A stretch of 64,000 nucleotides of DNA from a candidate division WOR-3 bacterium (GCA_039802605.1 JBDRWW010000001.1:64001-128000); one strand, 5' to 3'. Shown: positions 1 through 10,318, counted from the first letter of the stretch. The notes: a model not told the origin generated them from the sequence alone. Made by a program: numbers and translations.

Positions 1-179
1 CAATATTCCGGTTCCAAAAACTTCCCAAGGATTTTTACCTCACAAAAGGAAAAATCTTCCGTATTGAGTTTCACGCCTTTCCCATTTATGAGTTTTAAAA
101 GGATTATCCTTGAACCCCTAAACTCCTCATAAACATCAAGAGAAAAATCAACTTGGGGAAACATTAGGGCAAAAAACAT
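1..179 (-). CDS. Hypothetical protein, 5' part only (runs off the window edge)
   Basis: Open frame MFFALMFPQVDFSLDVYEEFRGSRIILLKL... from ATG 179 (alternative ATG 188). C-N5-TAGAAT (187-192) lies 7 nt before ATG 179. Confidence 0.6.
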   Translation of the reverse strand, partial: MFFALMFPQVDFSLDVYEEFRGSRIILLKLINGKGVKLNTEDFSFCEVKILGKFLEPEY

Positions 180-189
180 ACAATACATT

Positions 190-1320
190 CTAAGGGTGTT
201 TTAAGACATCGTAATAAACCCTTTCAACCATGGCGGCAATGTTTTCCCAAGAGTAGTACTTTGCGGTTTCTAAACCGTTTTTTATTAACTTTTCCCTTAA
301 ACCTTCATCCTTCAAAACCCCAAGCAATGCCTTCGCATAATCATCCCTATTCTTAACATCAACCAATACGCCGTTCTCCCCATCCCTTATAACATTAACA
401 TAACCCTCGTTTTTGGCCGCAACTACCGGAACACCCGAAGCCATAGCCTCAATTAAAACCAAACCGAAGGTTTCACCACCTACCGCCGGAGAAGTATAAA
501 CCGTTGCCCCCCTATAAACCTTTGGGAGGTCTTCAAAGGGTATTCTTCCCAAAAAATGAACCCTGTTTTTTAACCCTTCGGGAACCCTTTTCATTAAAAA
601 ACCCCTTAGAGGCCCATCACCCGCAAATATCAAATGTACATTCCCTTTCTCAAAATCTCTTGCGTATAGGATAAAGGTTTCAAGCAATATATCCGGACCT
701 TTCCTCGGCTCCAACCTACCCACAAACAAAACCGCTTTCCCATTAATCTTTGAATAGATTTCATGCTTTTCACCCTCCGGCCTAAACCTTTCGGTATCAA
801 CCCCATTCGGTATTATCTCGTACCTGCCTTTGAAGAAGGGTTCCATTAAACCCTTTGCGGTTTCGGAAACTGCTATCGCAACCCTAATTTTTTTCCATAC
901 GGGCATGAAGAAAAATCTTGCAACCTTATACCAGTTAAACCCAACAAAAGATGTATGGAATGTGCTAACTACGGGGTATGGTGAAAAAAGGGTTGCGGCG
1001 CAGGGGAGGTTGGGGGCCAAGGGTCCATGCGTATGAACAATATCAAAACGTGTTTCCTTTAAAAACCTCCGAACTTTGTAATGTAATAACGGGTCAAAAG
1101 TTAAGGTTATCTGGGATTTGTTCAGAGGTAAAAGGATTACCCTACCAATCCTATGAACATTCTCATTAAACTCCTCATCGCCCTTTCCGTATGAAGTGGT
1201 TAGTATATAAATCTCGTGCCCTCTTTTCCTGAGGTATTTTGAAAGGGAATATATGTGTTCGGAAACACCCCCCGGAAAGGGATAATATGCATCCGATACT
1301 TGAAGGATTTTTAATTTCAA
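190..1320 (-). CDS. Glycosyltransferase family 4 (PimA-like mannosyltransferase)
   Basis: N-terminal GGVSEH, VGRLEPRKG, ETFGLVLIEAMASG GT-B motifs. Confidence 0.85.
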   Translation of the reverse strand: MKLKILQVSDAYYPFPGGVSEHIYSLSKYLRKRGHEIYILTTSYGKGDEEFNENVHRIGRVILLPLNKSQITLTFDPLLHYKVRRFLKETRFDIVHTHGPLAPNLPCAATLFSPYPVVSTFHTSFVGFNWYKVARFFFMPVWKKIRVAIAVSETAKGLMEPFFKGRYEIIPNGVDTERFRPEGEKHEIYSKINGKAVLFVGRLEPRKGPDILLETFILYARDFEKGNVHLIFAGDGPLRGFLMKRVPEGLKNRVHFLGRIPFEDLPKVYRGATVYTSPAVGGETFGLVLIEAMASGVPVVAAKNEGYVNVIRDGENGVLVDVKNRDDYAKALLGVLKDEGLREKLIKNGLETAKYYSWENIAAMVERVYYDVLKHP

Positions 1321-2165
1321 TAAAGGTTTTCGGCCAACCTTTTAAGTCTTTCTATACGCTTTTCTACGGGTGGATGCGTTGAAAAGAGTTCCATTAAGAA
1401 ACCACCGGAGAGAGGATTTACAATAAACATGTGGGACATAAACTCTGGAACCTCTGCTTCAACCGCCTGGGTACCATAAGCCAATTTTTCAAGGGCGGAT
1501 GCTAAGGCCAGAGGATCGTTTATAAACCTAGCACCCGTTTCATCCGCTATGTATTCCCTACTCCTTGATATCGCGAGCTTAATTAGCATAGCCGCTATGG
1601 GTAAGAGTATTATGGCGACCAAAAGGGCCAAAGGATTCCTGTCCCTATCCCTCCCACCAAAGAATATTAACCCCCACCTAAGCATATCGGCTATATAAAC
1701 TATTGCGGCAGCCAGCGTTGCCGCTACGGACATAATGAGTATATCCCGGTTTTTTATATGGGCAATTTCATGTGCTATAACACCTTTTAACTCCCTTCTA
1801 TTCAAAAGCCTCAATATCCCCTCCGTAAATACCACGGCGGCGTTCTTCGGATTCCTACCCGTTGCAAAGGCGTTTGGTTGTGGAATTGGAGCTATGTAAA
1901 TCTTGGGTTTGGGTATCCCGGCGGATACGGCAACCTCTTCAACCAGTGCGTGTAATTCCGGAGCCTCTTCCTCGCTAACCTCCCTAGCACCAACGGAAGC
2001 CGTGGCAATCTTGTCGGAGAAAAACCAAGCTATGAAATTCATCAAAGCGGCCATGAACAGGGCTATTATCATACCATAACTCCCGCCTATTAACTTGCCC
2101 GCATAAACCAACAATACACTTAAAATCGCCAAAAACAAGAATGTTTTTATCGTATTCCCCATCAT
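1317..2165 (-). CDS. htpX: Zinc metalloprotease HtpX (M48)
   Basis: PNAFATGRNP, AHEIAH zinc motif, SRSREYIAD, FSTHPP. Confidence 0.95.
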   Translation of the reverse strand: MMGNTIKTFLFLAILSVLLVYAGKLIGGSYGMIIALFMAALMNFIAWFFSDKIATASVGAREVSEEEAPELHALVEEVAVSAGIPKPKIYIAPIPQPNAFATGRNPKNAAVVFTEGILRLLNRRELKGVIAHEIAHIKNRDILIMSVAATLAAAIVYIADMLRWGLIFFGGRDRDRNPLALLVAIILLPIAAMLIKLAISRSREYIADETGARFINDPLALASALEKLAYGTQAVEAEVPEFMSHMFIVNPLSGGFLMELFSTHPPVEKRIERLKRLAENLY

Positions 2166-2173
2166 AACCGTTA

Positions 2174-2193
2174 ATTTTAAACGGGATTAAAAT
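2174..2193. promoter_or_regulatory. Back-to-back divergent -10 elements for htpX and hisC
   Basis: Minus-strand TAAAAT (2174-2179) is 8 nt before the htpX ATG. Plus-strand TAAAAT (2188-2193) is 7 nt before the hisC ATG. Both have C 6 nt upstream. Confidence 0.7.
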
Positions 2194-2200
2194 CTCCGGT

Positions 2201-3253
2201 ATGGGATTTTTGAGGGAGGATATAAGCTTCTCAACCCCTTTTACGGTTAGCCAAAAACCATATGTTGCAAAGTTGGACCAAAACGAATCCCCTTACGATA
2301 TACCCGAAGAAATAAAGGAGGTTTTACTTGAAGAGATAAAAAGGATGTCTTGGAATAGATACCCACAACCCGCAATTTACGAGGAGGTTAAAGAAAGTTT
2401 TGCCAAGGCCTTGGGAGTTAAACCGGAAAATATAGCCCTAACCTTTGGAGGAGATCAAACGATTCTAAGCGCTTTTTGGATAGCGGGGGGAAAGGGTAAA
2501 AGGTGCATAATATACGAACCCACATATCCTATGATAAGGCATTATGCGGCAGCGACATCAACCGACGCGGATATAAAGGTACTGGGAGAAGAGTTTTTTC
2601 CAAACCCTTCCGATTTTAAAGGCAAGGATTATAACATAATCTTCTTCGTTTCCCCAAACAACCCAACGGGGCATCTAATAAGTAAAGAAGTAATAAAGGA
2701 GGCTTTGGAAACGGGGGCATTGGTGTTTGTGGATGAGGCTTACTATCCGTTTTCCGGAATAACGGTTTGGGATGACTTAAAGGATTATCCGAATTTAATG
2801 GTGGGTAGATCCCTTTCAAAGTCCTTATTGGCCGGTATGAGGATGGGTTATGTTCTGGCTTCAAAAGAAATAATACGGGCGGTTGATTATATGAACTTTG
2901 CACCATACAACCTTACGATCTTTCAATTGGCGATTTTTAAAAGGTTCGGTGATATAATGGGATTTTTAAAGAAGGCCACGAATGAGGTTGTTGAGGAAAG
3001 GGAAAGGGTTTATAAAGCTTTGGAAGGACTCGGATTTAAACCCATAAAGTCTTACGGAAACTTCATAATGTTTAAGGTTAGAGACCACGAAAGGGCATAT
3101 AAGGTATTTGTAGAAGAAGGCATAAGGATAAGGGATGTTTCCGGCCTACCCGGGTTGTCAAACCACCTGAGGGTTACAATTGGCTTAAATGACGAGAACG
3201 ATAAGTTTATAGAAGTTTTAAAGAAATTAGTCCCGCACCTGCTCCCAGAATAA
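2201..3253 (+). CDS. hisC: Histidinol-phosphate aminotransferase family PLP enzyme
   Basis: KLDQNESP, NRYP, SPNNPTG, VDEAY, RSLSK...AGMRMGY. Confidence 0.75.
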   Translation: MGFLREDISFSTPFTVSQKPYVAKLDQNESPYDIPEEIKEVLLEEIKRMSWNRYPQPAIYEEVKESFAKALGVKPENIALTFGGDQTILSAFWIAGGKGKRCIIYEPTYPMIRHYAAATSTDADIKVLGEEFFPNPSDFKGKDYNIIFFVSPNNPTGHLISKEVIKEALETGALVFVDEAYYPFSGITVWDDLKDYPNLMVGRSLSKSLLAGMRMGYVLASKEIIRAVDYMNFAPYNLTIFQLAIFKRFGDIMGFLKKATNEVVEERERVYKALEGLGFKPIKSYGNFIMFKVRDHERAYKVFVEEGIRIRDVSGLPGLSNHLRVTIGLNDENDKFIEVLKKLVPHLLPE

Positions 3254-3884
3254 AGCATAAAAACAAATCCCCAAAACCCCACCTGAGTTTGAGCAAAAAC
3301 GAGAATATTTTCTCCCTTAAAGGGTAAAATACCCAGAAAATTACCAAGGCCATCAACAATTCGGGAAACGTTTTAACAAAAACCAATATCCATAAATGGC
3401 CGGTTATTATGTGCCAAATGGTTTTCTTCTCTTCATATTCATACGAAAAGAGAAAATAAAAGGCCATAAGCATAAGGTGGAAAATTACGGGTAAGGGGTT
3501 AAAGGCGTAATAAAATAGAAGGATGCTAACGGTGATTGGTACTATAAATTCAAACCAAGGATTGCCTTGGAAATGCCTTAAAGAGAGATGCTCTAACGCC
3601 CTTTCGGGCTCCTTTACGGGTATTATAGGAAGGAGTATTAAAGATAGCGAAAAAAATCCGGGTATGTCAAAGTTCCCATTGTAAAATGCCGTTTTGATAT
3701 TCTCAATTAAGACAAAAAGAAGGAGAACGAAGAGATAGGCGAACAATTTCCCCCGCGATAACATCAACAAAACCATCCATAAACCCAATAAAAACACAAA
3801 AAAGCCGTAAAAGGGATATAAACCCTCCCCTAAAAATATTTTCTCCAAGCAAAGGACGATAGCACCAAATAATACCCAAATCAA
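3207..3884 (-). CDS. Hypothetical multi-pass membrane protein
   Basis: 225 aa, mostly hydrophobic segments; starts 1 nt after the SDR stop. Confidence 0.65.
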   Translation of the reverse strand: MIWVLFGAIVLCLEKIFLGEGLYPFYGFFVFLLGLWMVLLMLSRGKLFAYLFVLLLFVLIENIKTAFYNGNFDIPGFFSLSLILLPIIPVKEPERALEHLSLRHFQGNPWFEFIVPITVSILLFYYAFNPLPVIFHLMLMAFYFLFSYEYEEKKTIWHIITGHLWILVFVKTFPELLMALVIFWVFYPLREKIFSFLLKLRWGFGDLFLCFILGAGAGLISLKLL

Positions 3885-3885
3885 A

Positions 3886-4629
3886 TCATTCCTTGGGTTT
3901 TACCCCCACCGACCAACCACCATCTATTGGTATGGCGGCACCGTTCATCCAAGCGGATTCATCGCTTGCGAGATAAACGGCCAAAAATGCCACATCTTCG
4001 GGCCATCCTCCCCTATATGGGAGTTTATCCGTCCTCAAAGTTTCAAAATCCGAAAACAGTTCATGCGAAACACCATCAGGGCATATTACATTTGCCCTTA
4101 TGTTGTATTTTGCGTAATCCCTTGCAACGGTTTTAACAAAAGCGACTATTGCCGCCTTTGTGGCGTTGTATATTGACGAACCCGATGCAACCCCAAAATT
4201 ACCATATACCGCGGCCGTGTGAATATACACACCCCCACCCCACTCCTTAAACAGGGGCAATGTTTCCCTAACGACAAATACATGGGATAGGAAATTACCA
4301 TCCCAAAGCATTTTTATGGTTTCCTCATCAACCTCCTCCACATTTGTAGGTGTCCAATAACCCGCATTTACAAAGACTACATCTATTTTTCCAAGTTTTT
4401 TAACGGCATCCGAAACAAAACCCTTTACCTCGTTCAATTTTGAGGCATCCGCCCTATAAGAATAAACCTCATAACCCTTACCCTTCAAAAACTCCGCAAT
4501 TTCATGGCACTTTTCAGACCTTGAAACTAGGAATAACTTCGCCCCTTCCTTTGCCATTGCGTAAGCCGACGCCCTACCTATACCGCTACCAACACCGACT
4601 ATAATTATCTTCTTATCTTTTAACCTCAT
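3886..4629 (-). CDS. SDR family oxidoreductase
   Basis: GVGSGIG NAD(P)-binding motif, NAG, YNATK catalytic motif, IDGG. Confidence 0.9.
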   Translation of the reverse strand: MRLKDKKIIIVGVGSGIGRASAYAMAKEGAKLFLVSRSEKCHEIAEFLKGKGYEVYSYRADASKLNEVKGFVSDAVKKLGKIDVVFVNAGYWTPTNVEEVDEETIKMLWDGNFLSHVFVVRETLPLFKEWGGGVYIHTAAVYGNFGVASGSSIYNATKAAIVAFVKTVARDYAKYNIRANVICPDGVSHELFSDFETLRTDKLPYRGGWPEDVAFLAVYLASDESAWMNGAAIPIDGGWSVGVKPKE

Positions 4630-4680
4630 TCCGAAATTCTACGGTTGTTAGTATTATTATCAACCATACAATTCCGTGTT

Positions 4681-5613
4681 ATGAAGAAAGTTGCGATAAT
4701 AGGAGCCGGAAATGTTGGAAGCGAAGCCGCAAGATATTTGGCATACAAAGGCATAGCCCATATAGTCCTTTTGGATATAGTTGAGGGTATAGCAAAGGGA
4801 AAGTCGCTTGATCTATTGCACGCGGGGCCAATAGAGTGCGCAACGGTATCCATTGAGGGAACCTCCGATTATGGTCCCATTGAAAACAGCGATGTGGTTA
4901 TTATAACGGCAGGAAAGCCCAGAAAACCGGGTATGTCGAGGGAGGAACTTTTAAAGGTAAATTTTGATATTGTCAGCGGTATAGCGGAAAAGGTTAAGGA
5001 GTATGCCCCCAATTCCGTAGTTATCGTGGTATCAAACCCGCTTGATGCAATGGTATATACCACATATAAGATTACGGGTTTTCCGAGGGAAAGGGTTATG
5101 GGCATGGCAGGCTTGCTGGATTCAGCCAGGTTTGCGGCATTTATAGCCCAAGAAGTTGGAGTTTCACCGGCGGATGTTAGGGCTATGGTTATGGGAACCC
5201 ATGGGGATTTAATGGTTCCTCTTACTAGATTCACCACAATAAACGGTATTCCCGCCACTGAGTTTTTATCGGAGGATAAATTGAAGGAAATCGTTGAAAA
5301 GACGAGGTTTGCCGGTGGAGAAATAGTTAAACTTATGGGTACTAGCGCGTGGTTTGCCCCAGGAGATGCCGCCGCCTTTATGGCGGAAGCCGTATTACTC
5401 GATACCAACAGGGTTTTATCCGCATCCGTGTACTTGACCGGTGAATACGGTATAAACGGGGTATTTGTGGGTGTCCCTGTGGTTTTGGGGTGGGGAGGAG
5501 TTAAGAGGATATTGGAGGTTAAACTTACGGAAGAAGAGATGGAGGCTTTGAAGAAGAGCGCGGACCACATAAAGGAACTACAAGAACAGGTTGATGAGCT
5601 CTTGAAGGGATGA
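4681..5613 (+). CDS. mdh: Malate dehydrogenase (LDH-like)
   Basis: GAGNVG, AGKPRKPGMSR, SNPLD, LDSARF, GTHGD. Start moved to ATG 4681, with TACAAT 8 nt upstream. Confidence 0.95.
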   Translation: MKKVAIIGAGNVGSEAARYLAYKGIAHIVLLDIVEGIAKGKSLDLLHAGPIECATVSIEGTSDYGPIENSDVVIITAGKPRKPGMSREELLKVNFDIVSGIAEKVKEYAPNSVVIVVSNPLDAMVYTTYKITGFPRERVMGMAGLLDSARFAAFIAQEVGVSPADVRAMVMGTHGDLMVPLTRFTTINGIPATEFLSEDKLKEIVEKTRFAGGEIVKLMGTSAWFAPGDAAAFMAEAVLLDTNRVLSASVYLTGEYGINGVFVGVPVVLGWGGVKRILEVKLTEEEMEALKKSADHIKELQEQVDELLKG

Positions 5614-6191
5614 GAAAAGCCTTAATATTTTTTGCCTTTTTAATTTCATGCGGTAAGGGTATAAACTATTCCCAAAGTTTTCCTTATGACAAGGGTTATG
5701 TTTTGTTTGACCAAAACGGGAAAGAGAGGAAGTTGGACGAATTCAAAGGGAAGGTATTGGTGGTTGGATACATATACACGCATTGTCCGGATATATGCCC
5801 ACTTATCACGGATAACATGAGGAAGATATACAAAGAGGTTTCCAAAAACGGTTGGTCTAATAAGGTTGTTTTCCTGAGTATATCCTTTGATCCGAGGAGG
5901 GATAAACCCGAAGTTTTAAATAATTATGCAAAGATATACGGCTTGGATACCGTTAAGAACTGGTTTTTCCTTACGGGGAATCCAAAAACCATAGATTCCT
6001 TAATGAAAGACCTTTCAATAGTGGTGGAGATTGGCCCTATGGAAGTTTCTGAAAGTGGGGATACAATATATTTCATTGTGCATACGGATAGGATACACAT
6101 AGTGGATAAGAGGGGAAAAATTGTTAGTTATTTTAAGGGGAGCGAAGCAAATGTTGATGATGTTATAAAGGCAATAAGGAGGGCAATATGA
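5610..6191 (+). CDS. SCO family copper chaperone, lipoprotein
   Basis: Lipobox-like LISC, YTHCPDICP, DPRRD, conserved C-terminal His. Confidence 0.92.
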   Translation: MRKALIFFAFLISCGKGINYSQSFPYDKGYVLFDQNGKERKLDEFKGKVLVVGYIYTHCPDICPLITDNMRKIYKEVSKNGWSNKVVFLSISFDPRRDKPEVLNNYAKIYGLDTVKNWFFLTGNPKTIDSLMKDLSIVVEIGPMEVSESGDTIYFIVHTDRIHIVDKRGKIVSYFKGSEANVDDVIKAIRRAI

Positions 6192-6559
6192 TTTGGATGC
6201 TTGCGTTTATTGACATAGCGGATATTTGGGCGAGGCCGGGTATTAAGGGGGGAAACTCGGCCGTTTATATGGTCATAAGGAACAACGATACGCTTCCGGA
6301 TACGCTGTATAAAGCTTCATCGGACATAGCGGCAATGGTGGAAATACACAAGACATATAAGGACAAGAAGGGGAAAATGGGTATGGAAAGGGTTGATTAT
6401 GTGGTTATACCTCCAAAGGGAGAATTTAAACTTGAACCCGGGGGGTACCATATTATGCTTATGAAGTTGAAGAAAAACCTGCGAGGGGGTAAAAAGTTTA
6501 ACCTTTCGCTTTATTTCAAGAGGGCCGGGAAAATAGATATAACGGCTGAGGTGAAATAG
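6188..6559 (+). CDS. Copper chaperone PCu(A)C
   Basis: WARP, EIH...MGM, PGGYHIML motifs. Confidence 0.9.
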   Translation: MIWMLAFIDIADIWARPGIKGGNSAVYMVIRNNDTLPDTLYKASSDIAAMVEIHKTYKDKKGKMGMERVDYVVIPPKGEFKLEPGGYHIMLMKLKKNLRGGKKFNLSLYFKRAGKIDITAEVK

Positions 6560-6599
6560 GGGGAGATAAAAATCCGTCAAGCGTATAATATATTCTTGT

Positions 6600-6685
6600 G
6601 GAGGGTTGCGCCGAATTGGTAAGGCAGCGGATTTGAAATCCGCCGGGGCTTAGGCCCCTTGGGGGTTCGAGTCCCCCACCCTCCG
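6600..6685 (+). tRNA. tRNA-Ser(TGA), CCA not encoded
   Basis: GGAGGGT/ACCCTCC acceptor stem, GCGGA-TTTGAAA-TCCGC anticodon arm, long variable arm, GTTCGAGTC. Confidence 0.95.
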
Positions 6686-6691
6686 CTTTAT

Positions 6692-7060
6692 ATGATTTTT
6701 GATTACGGTTCGGAAGGCGGTGGGATTGTAGTTCTGGGTTCTTCGGAAATTGTAAATCAAATAGCCCTAAACATCTCCACGTTTTCCGCACTAATGGTTG
6801 AAAATGTAGATTTACCGGAAAACTACGGGGATTTTGTCAATATGTTAAAAGAAAAATCCCCAAAGTTTGTAATAGGGGATGAAAGCGCTTACGAATACCT
6901 TTTAAGGTATTCACAAGAGGGTGGAATTCCGGCCATCTTTAAACCTCTAAGTGTGGAATACGACCTTGCAAGCGGTGGTTTATTGGTAAAATGCAGGGTT
7001 GGTGAAAGGTTTGCGGCAACTCTATCCGTAAATGGGGATAGAATCGTCATTGCCGTATAA
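6692..7060 (+). CDS. Hypothetical protein
   Basis: First ATG outside the tRNA, 6 nt after the discriminator base; 122 aa of protein-like composition. Confidence 0.65.
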   Translation: MIFDYGSEGGGIVVLGSSEIVNQIALNISTFSALMVENVDLPENYGDFVNMLKEKSPKFVIGDESAYEYLLRYSQEGGIPAIFKPLSVEYDLASGGLLVKCRVGERFAATLSVNGDRIVIAV

Positions 7061-7841
7061 GGAGTTCGTATATCTTTCCGCACATCAGAGGTTTTCCGAG
7101 GCAAAGGGGTTAATACCTGGGCTTGATAAGAAAAAACTCATAGAATGGATAAGGTATCACCTTTTGGGTTCAATGCTTTACGAGGTTTTTCCAGACTTAG
7201 AGGAACTTTCGCTTGACAGGGCTCAAACGGTTATATTTTGGAGAATAATAGGGGAAATCGTTGATATTTTTGCAAACTCGCCGGTTGATGTTGTTGTTTT
7301 CAAAGGGGGACATATAAAGGATTTTTATCCAAACCCTTATTGGAGGATGATCTCGGATTTAGATGTTTATGTTAGGGCGGGGGATATTGATAACTTGGAA
7401 GATTATTTATTGGGTTCGGGTTTTAAAAAGACCTCTACGGGATATTACCAACGCTCGTACAACTACAAAGGTATAATGGTTGAGGTTCATAGCAGGTTTG
7501 CGAGGAGGTTGTATCCAGATGTTATAAATGGGGATTTGGTTTTTAAACATTCCGATAGAGTTAAAGGCTCGGTTTTGTATCCCACTAAGGATTTGGAAAT
7601 AACGATTTTTTATTTCCACGCCTACAAAAGCGCGTATACGACATCTTTTAGGGCTATATGGTGGCTTGACGAGTATTTTTTAAAATCCGCAGGCGCAAAA
7701 CCATTAAACATTCCAAAAATAAAAACCTGCATAAAATGGTTTGAAGGCTTTAATTGGAAAAACCTGGTATGCAAGGACCCCCCAAAGATTTACAGGAGCA
7801 TCTTGGGAATCCCGCACGCCTTGATCCTCAGGCTATTTTAA
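7032..7841 (+). CDS. Nucleotidyltransferase family protein (NTP_transf_5-like)
   Basis: VFKG...YPNPYWRMISDLDVYV and VEVH motifs. Confidence 0.75.
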   Translation: MGIESSLPYKEFVYLSAHQRFSEAKGLIPGLDKKKLIEWIRYHLLGSMLYEVFPDLEELSLDRAQTVIFWRIIGEIVDIFANSPVDVVVFKGGHIKDFYPNPYWRMISDLDVYVRAGDIDNLEDYLLGSGFKKTSTGYYQRSYNYKGIMVEVHSRFARRLYPDVINGDLVFKHSDRVKGSVLYPTKDLEITIFYFHAYKSAYTTSFRAIWWLDEYFLKSAGAKPLNIPKIKTCIKWFEGFNWKNLVCKDPPKIYRSILGIPHALILRLF

Positions 7842-8808
7842 TTAAGCCCATATCCACCGCCTCGTTTAAAACCTTTTCCCATCCCAACTCCTCCAAAACC
7901 GTCCATCTGTGCGGCCTTGTAAAGGATGCCTTTGAAAATACCATTTTTACAAAATCTTCTTTCATCTCAATACTTTCGGGAAATCCGATACCTATAAGAT
8001 ATTTCCTGACCCTTTCCCAATCCTTATAACCGTTTAACTTTAAAAACAGGGGGGTGAAAAAGCCCACCTGTATTCCATGCTTTCCACCAAACCCCAGAAT
8101 ATCAAGGGAATGGCTCATTTTATGCTCCGGGCCACTTGCGGGCCTTGAAGAGCCCGATATTTCCATAGCCCAACCGCTTAAAATCAAACCCCAAGCGAGA
8201 ATCTCCAAGTTCTCAAAGGGATTTAAATCTAAAATTGATAACGCGGAAGATTTTGATATTAGAGATGCCAAAAAACTATAAGGTTCCGATGACTTATCCT
8301 TAAATTTATCCCAATCAATGGAAGCGGAAAGGTTGGAGATTAAATCCCCAGTTCCCGCCAATATACTCCATTCGGGCGCTTCGGAAATTATGGAAATATC
8401 AACTATTACACCGTAAGGCAAGCCTATGAACTCACTTTTGTGATTTTTAACACCAACGGGTGATGCTATGCCATCGCTTGATAGCAATGTGGGTATTGAA
8501 ATAAAGGGCAATCCCAATTCCTTTGATAAAAATTTTCCCCTATCGATTACGGAACCCCCACCTACGGATATTATGCACCTAAGAACATCACCGGCATTAC
8601 CCAGTATCCCTTTAAGAATCTCCCCATATTGCCTTGAAAAACTTTTCCCGTGGAGGATCAAACAGGAGTTTTTACCAAAAATATCCCTTAACCTATAAGC
8701 CCACTCCTCCAAAATCCCAAAGCCCACATCAACTATTTTATAAAATTTTACACCATCCGTAACAATCTCTTTACTCCCAACCTCAAAACCATCCAAAAAG
8801 CCTCCCAT
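7828..8808 (-). CDS. egsA: sn-glycerol-1-phosphate dehydrogenase family (EgsA/AraM-like)
   Basis: GGGSVID, PTLLSSDGIASP, GDLISN, SSRPASGPEHKMSHSLD, HGIQVG. Start codon uncertain. Confidence 0.8.
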   Translation of the reverse strand: MGGFLDGFEVGSKEIVTDGVKFYKIVDVGFGILEEWAYRLRDIFGKNSCLILHGKSFSRQYGEILKGILGNAGDVLRCIISVGGGSVIDRGKFLSKELGLPFISIPTLLSSDGIASPVGVKNHKSEFIGLPYGVIVDISIISEAPEWSILAGTGDLISNLSASIDWDKFKDKSSEPYSFLASLISKSSALSILDLNPFENLEILAWGLILSGWAMEISGSSRPASGPEHKMSHSLDILGFGGKHGIQVGFFTPLFLKLNGYKDWERVRKYLIGIGFPESIEMKEDFVKMVFSKASFTRPHRWTVLEELGWEKVLNEAVDMGLIKIA

Positions 8809-9461
8809 ATTATTCCCCTGTTTAACTTTGATTTTCCCGCCCTCCTTTCAACGAATATTATCGGCATTTCACACACCTTAAAACCCTTAACCCAAAGGTA
8901 AAAGTGTATTTCTATTTGAAAGGCATAACCGTCGGACCTTATCTTGTTCAAATCAATGGATTTTAGACACTCAACCTTTATAGCCTTAAAACCCGAAGTC
9001 AAGTCCTTAATATTTACACCCGTAAAAATCCTCGCATAAAGGTTTGCAAAGTATGATAGTAAAAGCCTGGTTATCGGCCAATTGACTACGCTAACACCCT
9101 TAACATACCTTGAACCTATTACCACATCGCAGTTTTCAAGGTTTTCAACCATTCGCTCAATATCCTTAGGGTCATGGGAAAAATCCGCATCCATTTCAAC
9201 CACAACATCATAACCCCTTTCAATGGCCCATTTGAATCCGGTAATATATGCCGAACCCAAACCCATCTTTTTCGGTCTTTCCAACAAGTGTATCTTTTTA
9301 TCCTTTTCTTGCATGGTTTTTACGATGCCGGCCGTCCCATCGGGTGAGCTATCGTCTATTACCAAAACATCGGGATCCACACTTAAACTACGAACTTCCT
9401 TTAATATAGCGGCTATATTGTCCGCCTCGTTATATGTGGGAATTATTACGAGAACTTTCAC
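8748..9461 (-). CDS. Polyprenol-phosphate mannose synthase (DPM1-like GT2)
   Basis: [39 protein letters not shown]. Confidence 0.9.
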   Translation of the reverse strand: MKVLVIIPTYNEADNIAAILKEVRSLSVDPDVLVIDDSSPDGTAGIVKTMQEKDKKIHLLERPKKMGLGSAYITGFKWAIERGYDVVVEMDADFSHDPKDIERMVENLENCDVVIGSRYVKGVSVVNWPITRLLLSYFANLYARIFTGVNIKDLTSGFKAIKVECLKSIDLNKIRSDGYAFQIEIHFYLWVKGFKVCEMPIIFVERRAGKSKLNRGIIWEAFWMVLRLGVKRLLRMV

Positions 9462-10318
9462 CCGTACTTATAAAACCCTTCGCCGGTTTTCCTTCCCAAT
9501 TTACCCGCTTCCACCATCTTTACGAGCAAAGGACAAGGTCTATATTTTGGATCCCTTAGATCGTTGTAAAGGACTAGTAAAATGTTTAAACACACATCCA
9601 AACCTATAAAGTCCGCCAGTTGCAAAGGTCCCATAGGATGGTTCATACCGAGTTTCATAACCGTATCTATGGCTTCCTTGTCCGCCACACCCTCATATAA
9701 AGCCCATATAGCCTCGTTTATCATGGGCATTAAAACCCTGTTTGACACAAAGCCGGGATAATCCTTAACCTCAACGGGAACCTTCTCCAACCTTTTAGCG
9801 AGTTCTATTATTACATTTACCGTTTCATCCGATGTTGAATAACCCCTAACGACCTCCACGAGTTTCATCACGGGTACCGGATTGAAAAAGTGCATTCCGG
9901 CAAAAAGTTCGGGCTTTCCCGTGTAATTCGCCAACCTGGTAATGGAAATTGAGGATGTGTTTGATGTTATTATAACCTCCGGCCTTACGATTTTGGAAAC
10001 ATGCGAAAGTACATCCCTCTTTACGGTTTCCTCCTCGAAAACCGCCTCAACCACAAAATCAACATCCGATAAAAATCCTATATCCGTGGATGTTTGTATG
10101 CGGGAAAGTATTTCACCTATACTATCCTCGGATATTATACCCTTTTTGGCCTGTCTGTGTAGGTTTTTCTCTATGGTTTCCAGGGCATTTTTTAACTGCC
10201 CCTCACCCTTATCAACTAGTTTAACGGAATATCCGTATTGGGCAAATACATGGGCTATACCGTTTCCCATTGTTCCAGCGCCTATTACACCCACGACTTT
10301 TATATTTTCCACATTCAT
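9458..10318 (-). CDS. hbd: 3-hydroxybutyryl-CoA dehydrogenase
   Basis: [30 protein letters not shown]. Confidence 0.92.
   Translation of the reverse strand: MNVENIKVVGVIGAGTMGNGIAHVFAQYGYSVKLVDKGEGQLKNALETIEKNLHRQAKKGIISEDSIGEILSRIQTSTDIGFLSDVDFVVEAVFEEETVKRDVLSHVSKIVRPEVIITSNTSSISITRLANYTGKPELFAGMHFFNPVPVMKLVEVVRGYSTSDETVNVIIELAKRLEKVPVEVKDYPGFVSNRVLMPMINEAIWALYEGVADKEAIDTVMKLGMNHPMGPLQLADFIGLDVCLNILLVLYNDLRDPKYRPCPLLVKMVEAGKLGRKTGEGFYKYG

Noticed and set aside
3207..3884. Membrane protein as the missing DGGGP synthase (UbiA family)
   Set aside because: No Asp-rich NDxxD/DxxD motifs
4869..5570. 233-aa antisense ORF opposite mdh
   Set aside because: In-register shadow of a conserved gene, Ser/Thr/Pro/Ile-rich with no motifs
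6516..6791. Short ORFs overlapping tRNA-Ser and tRNA-Tyr (also 15595-15834)
   Set aside because: Translations of tRNA antisense strands
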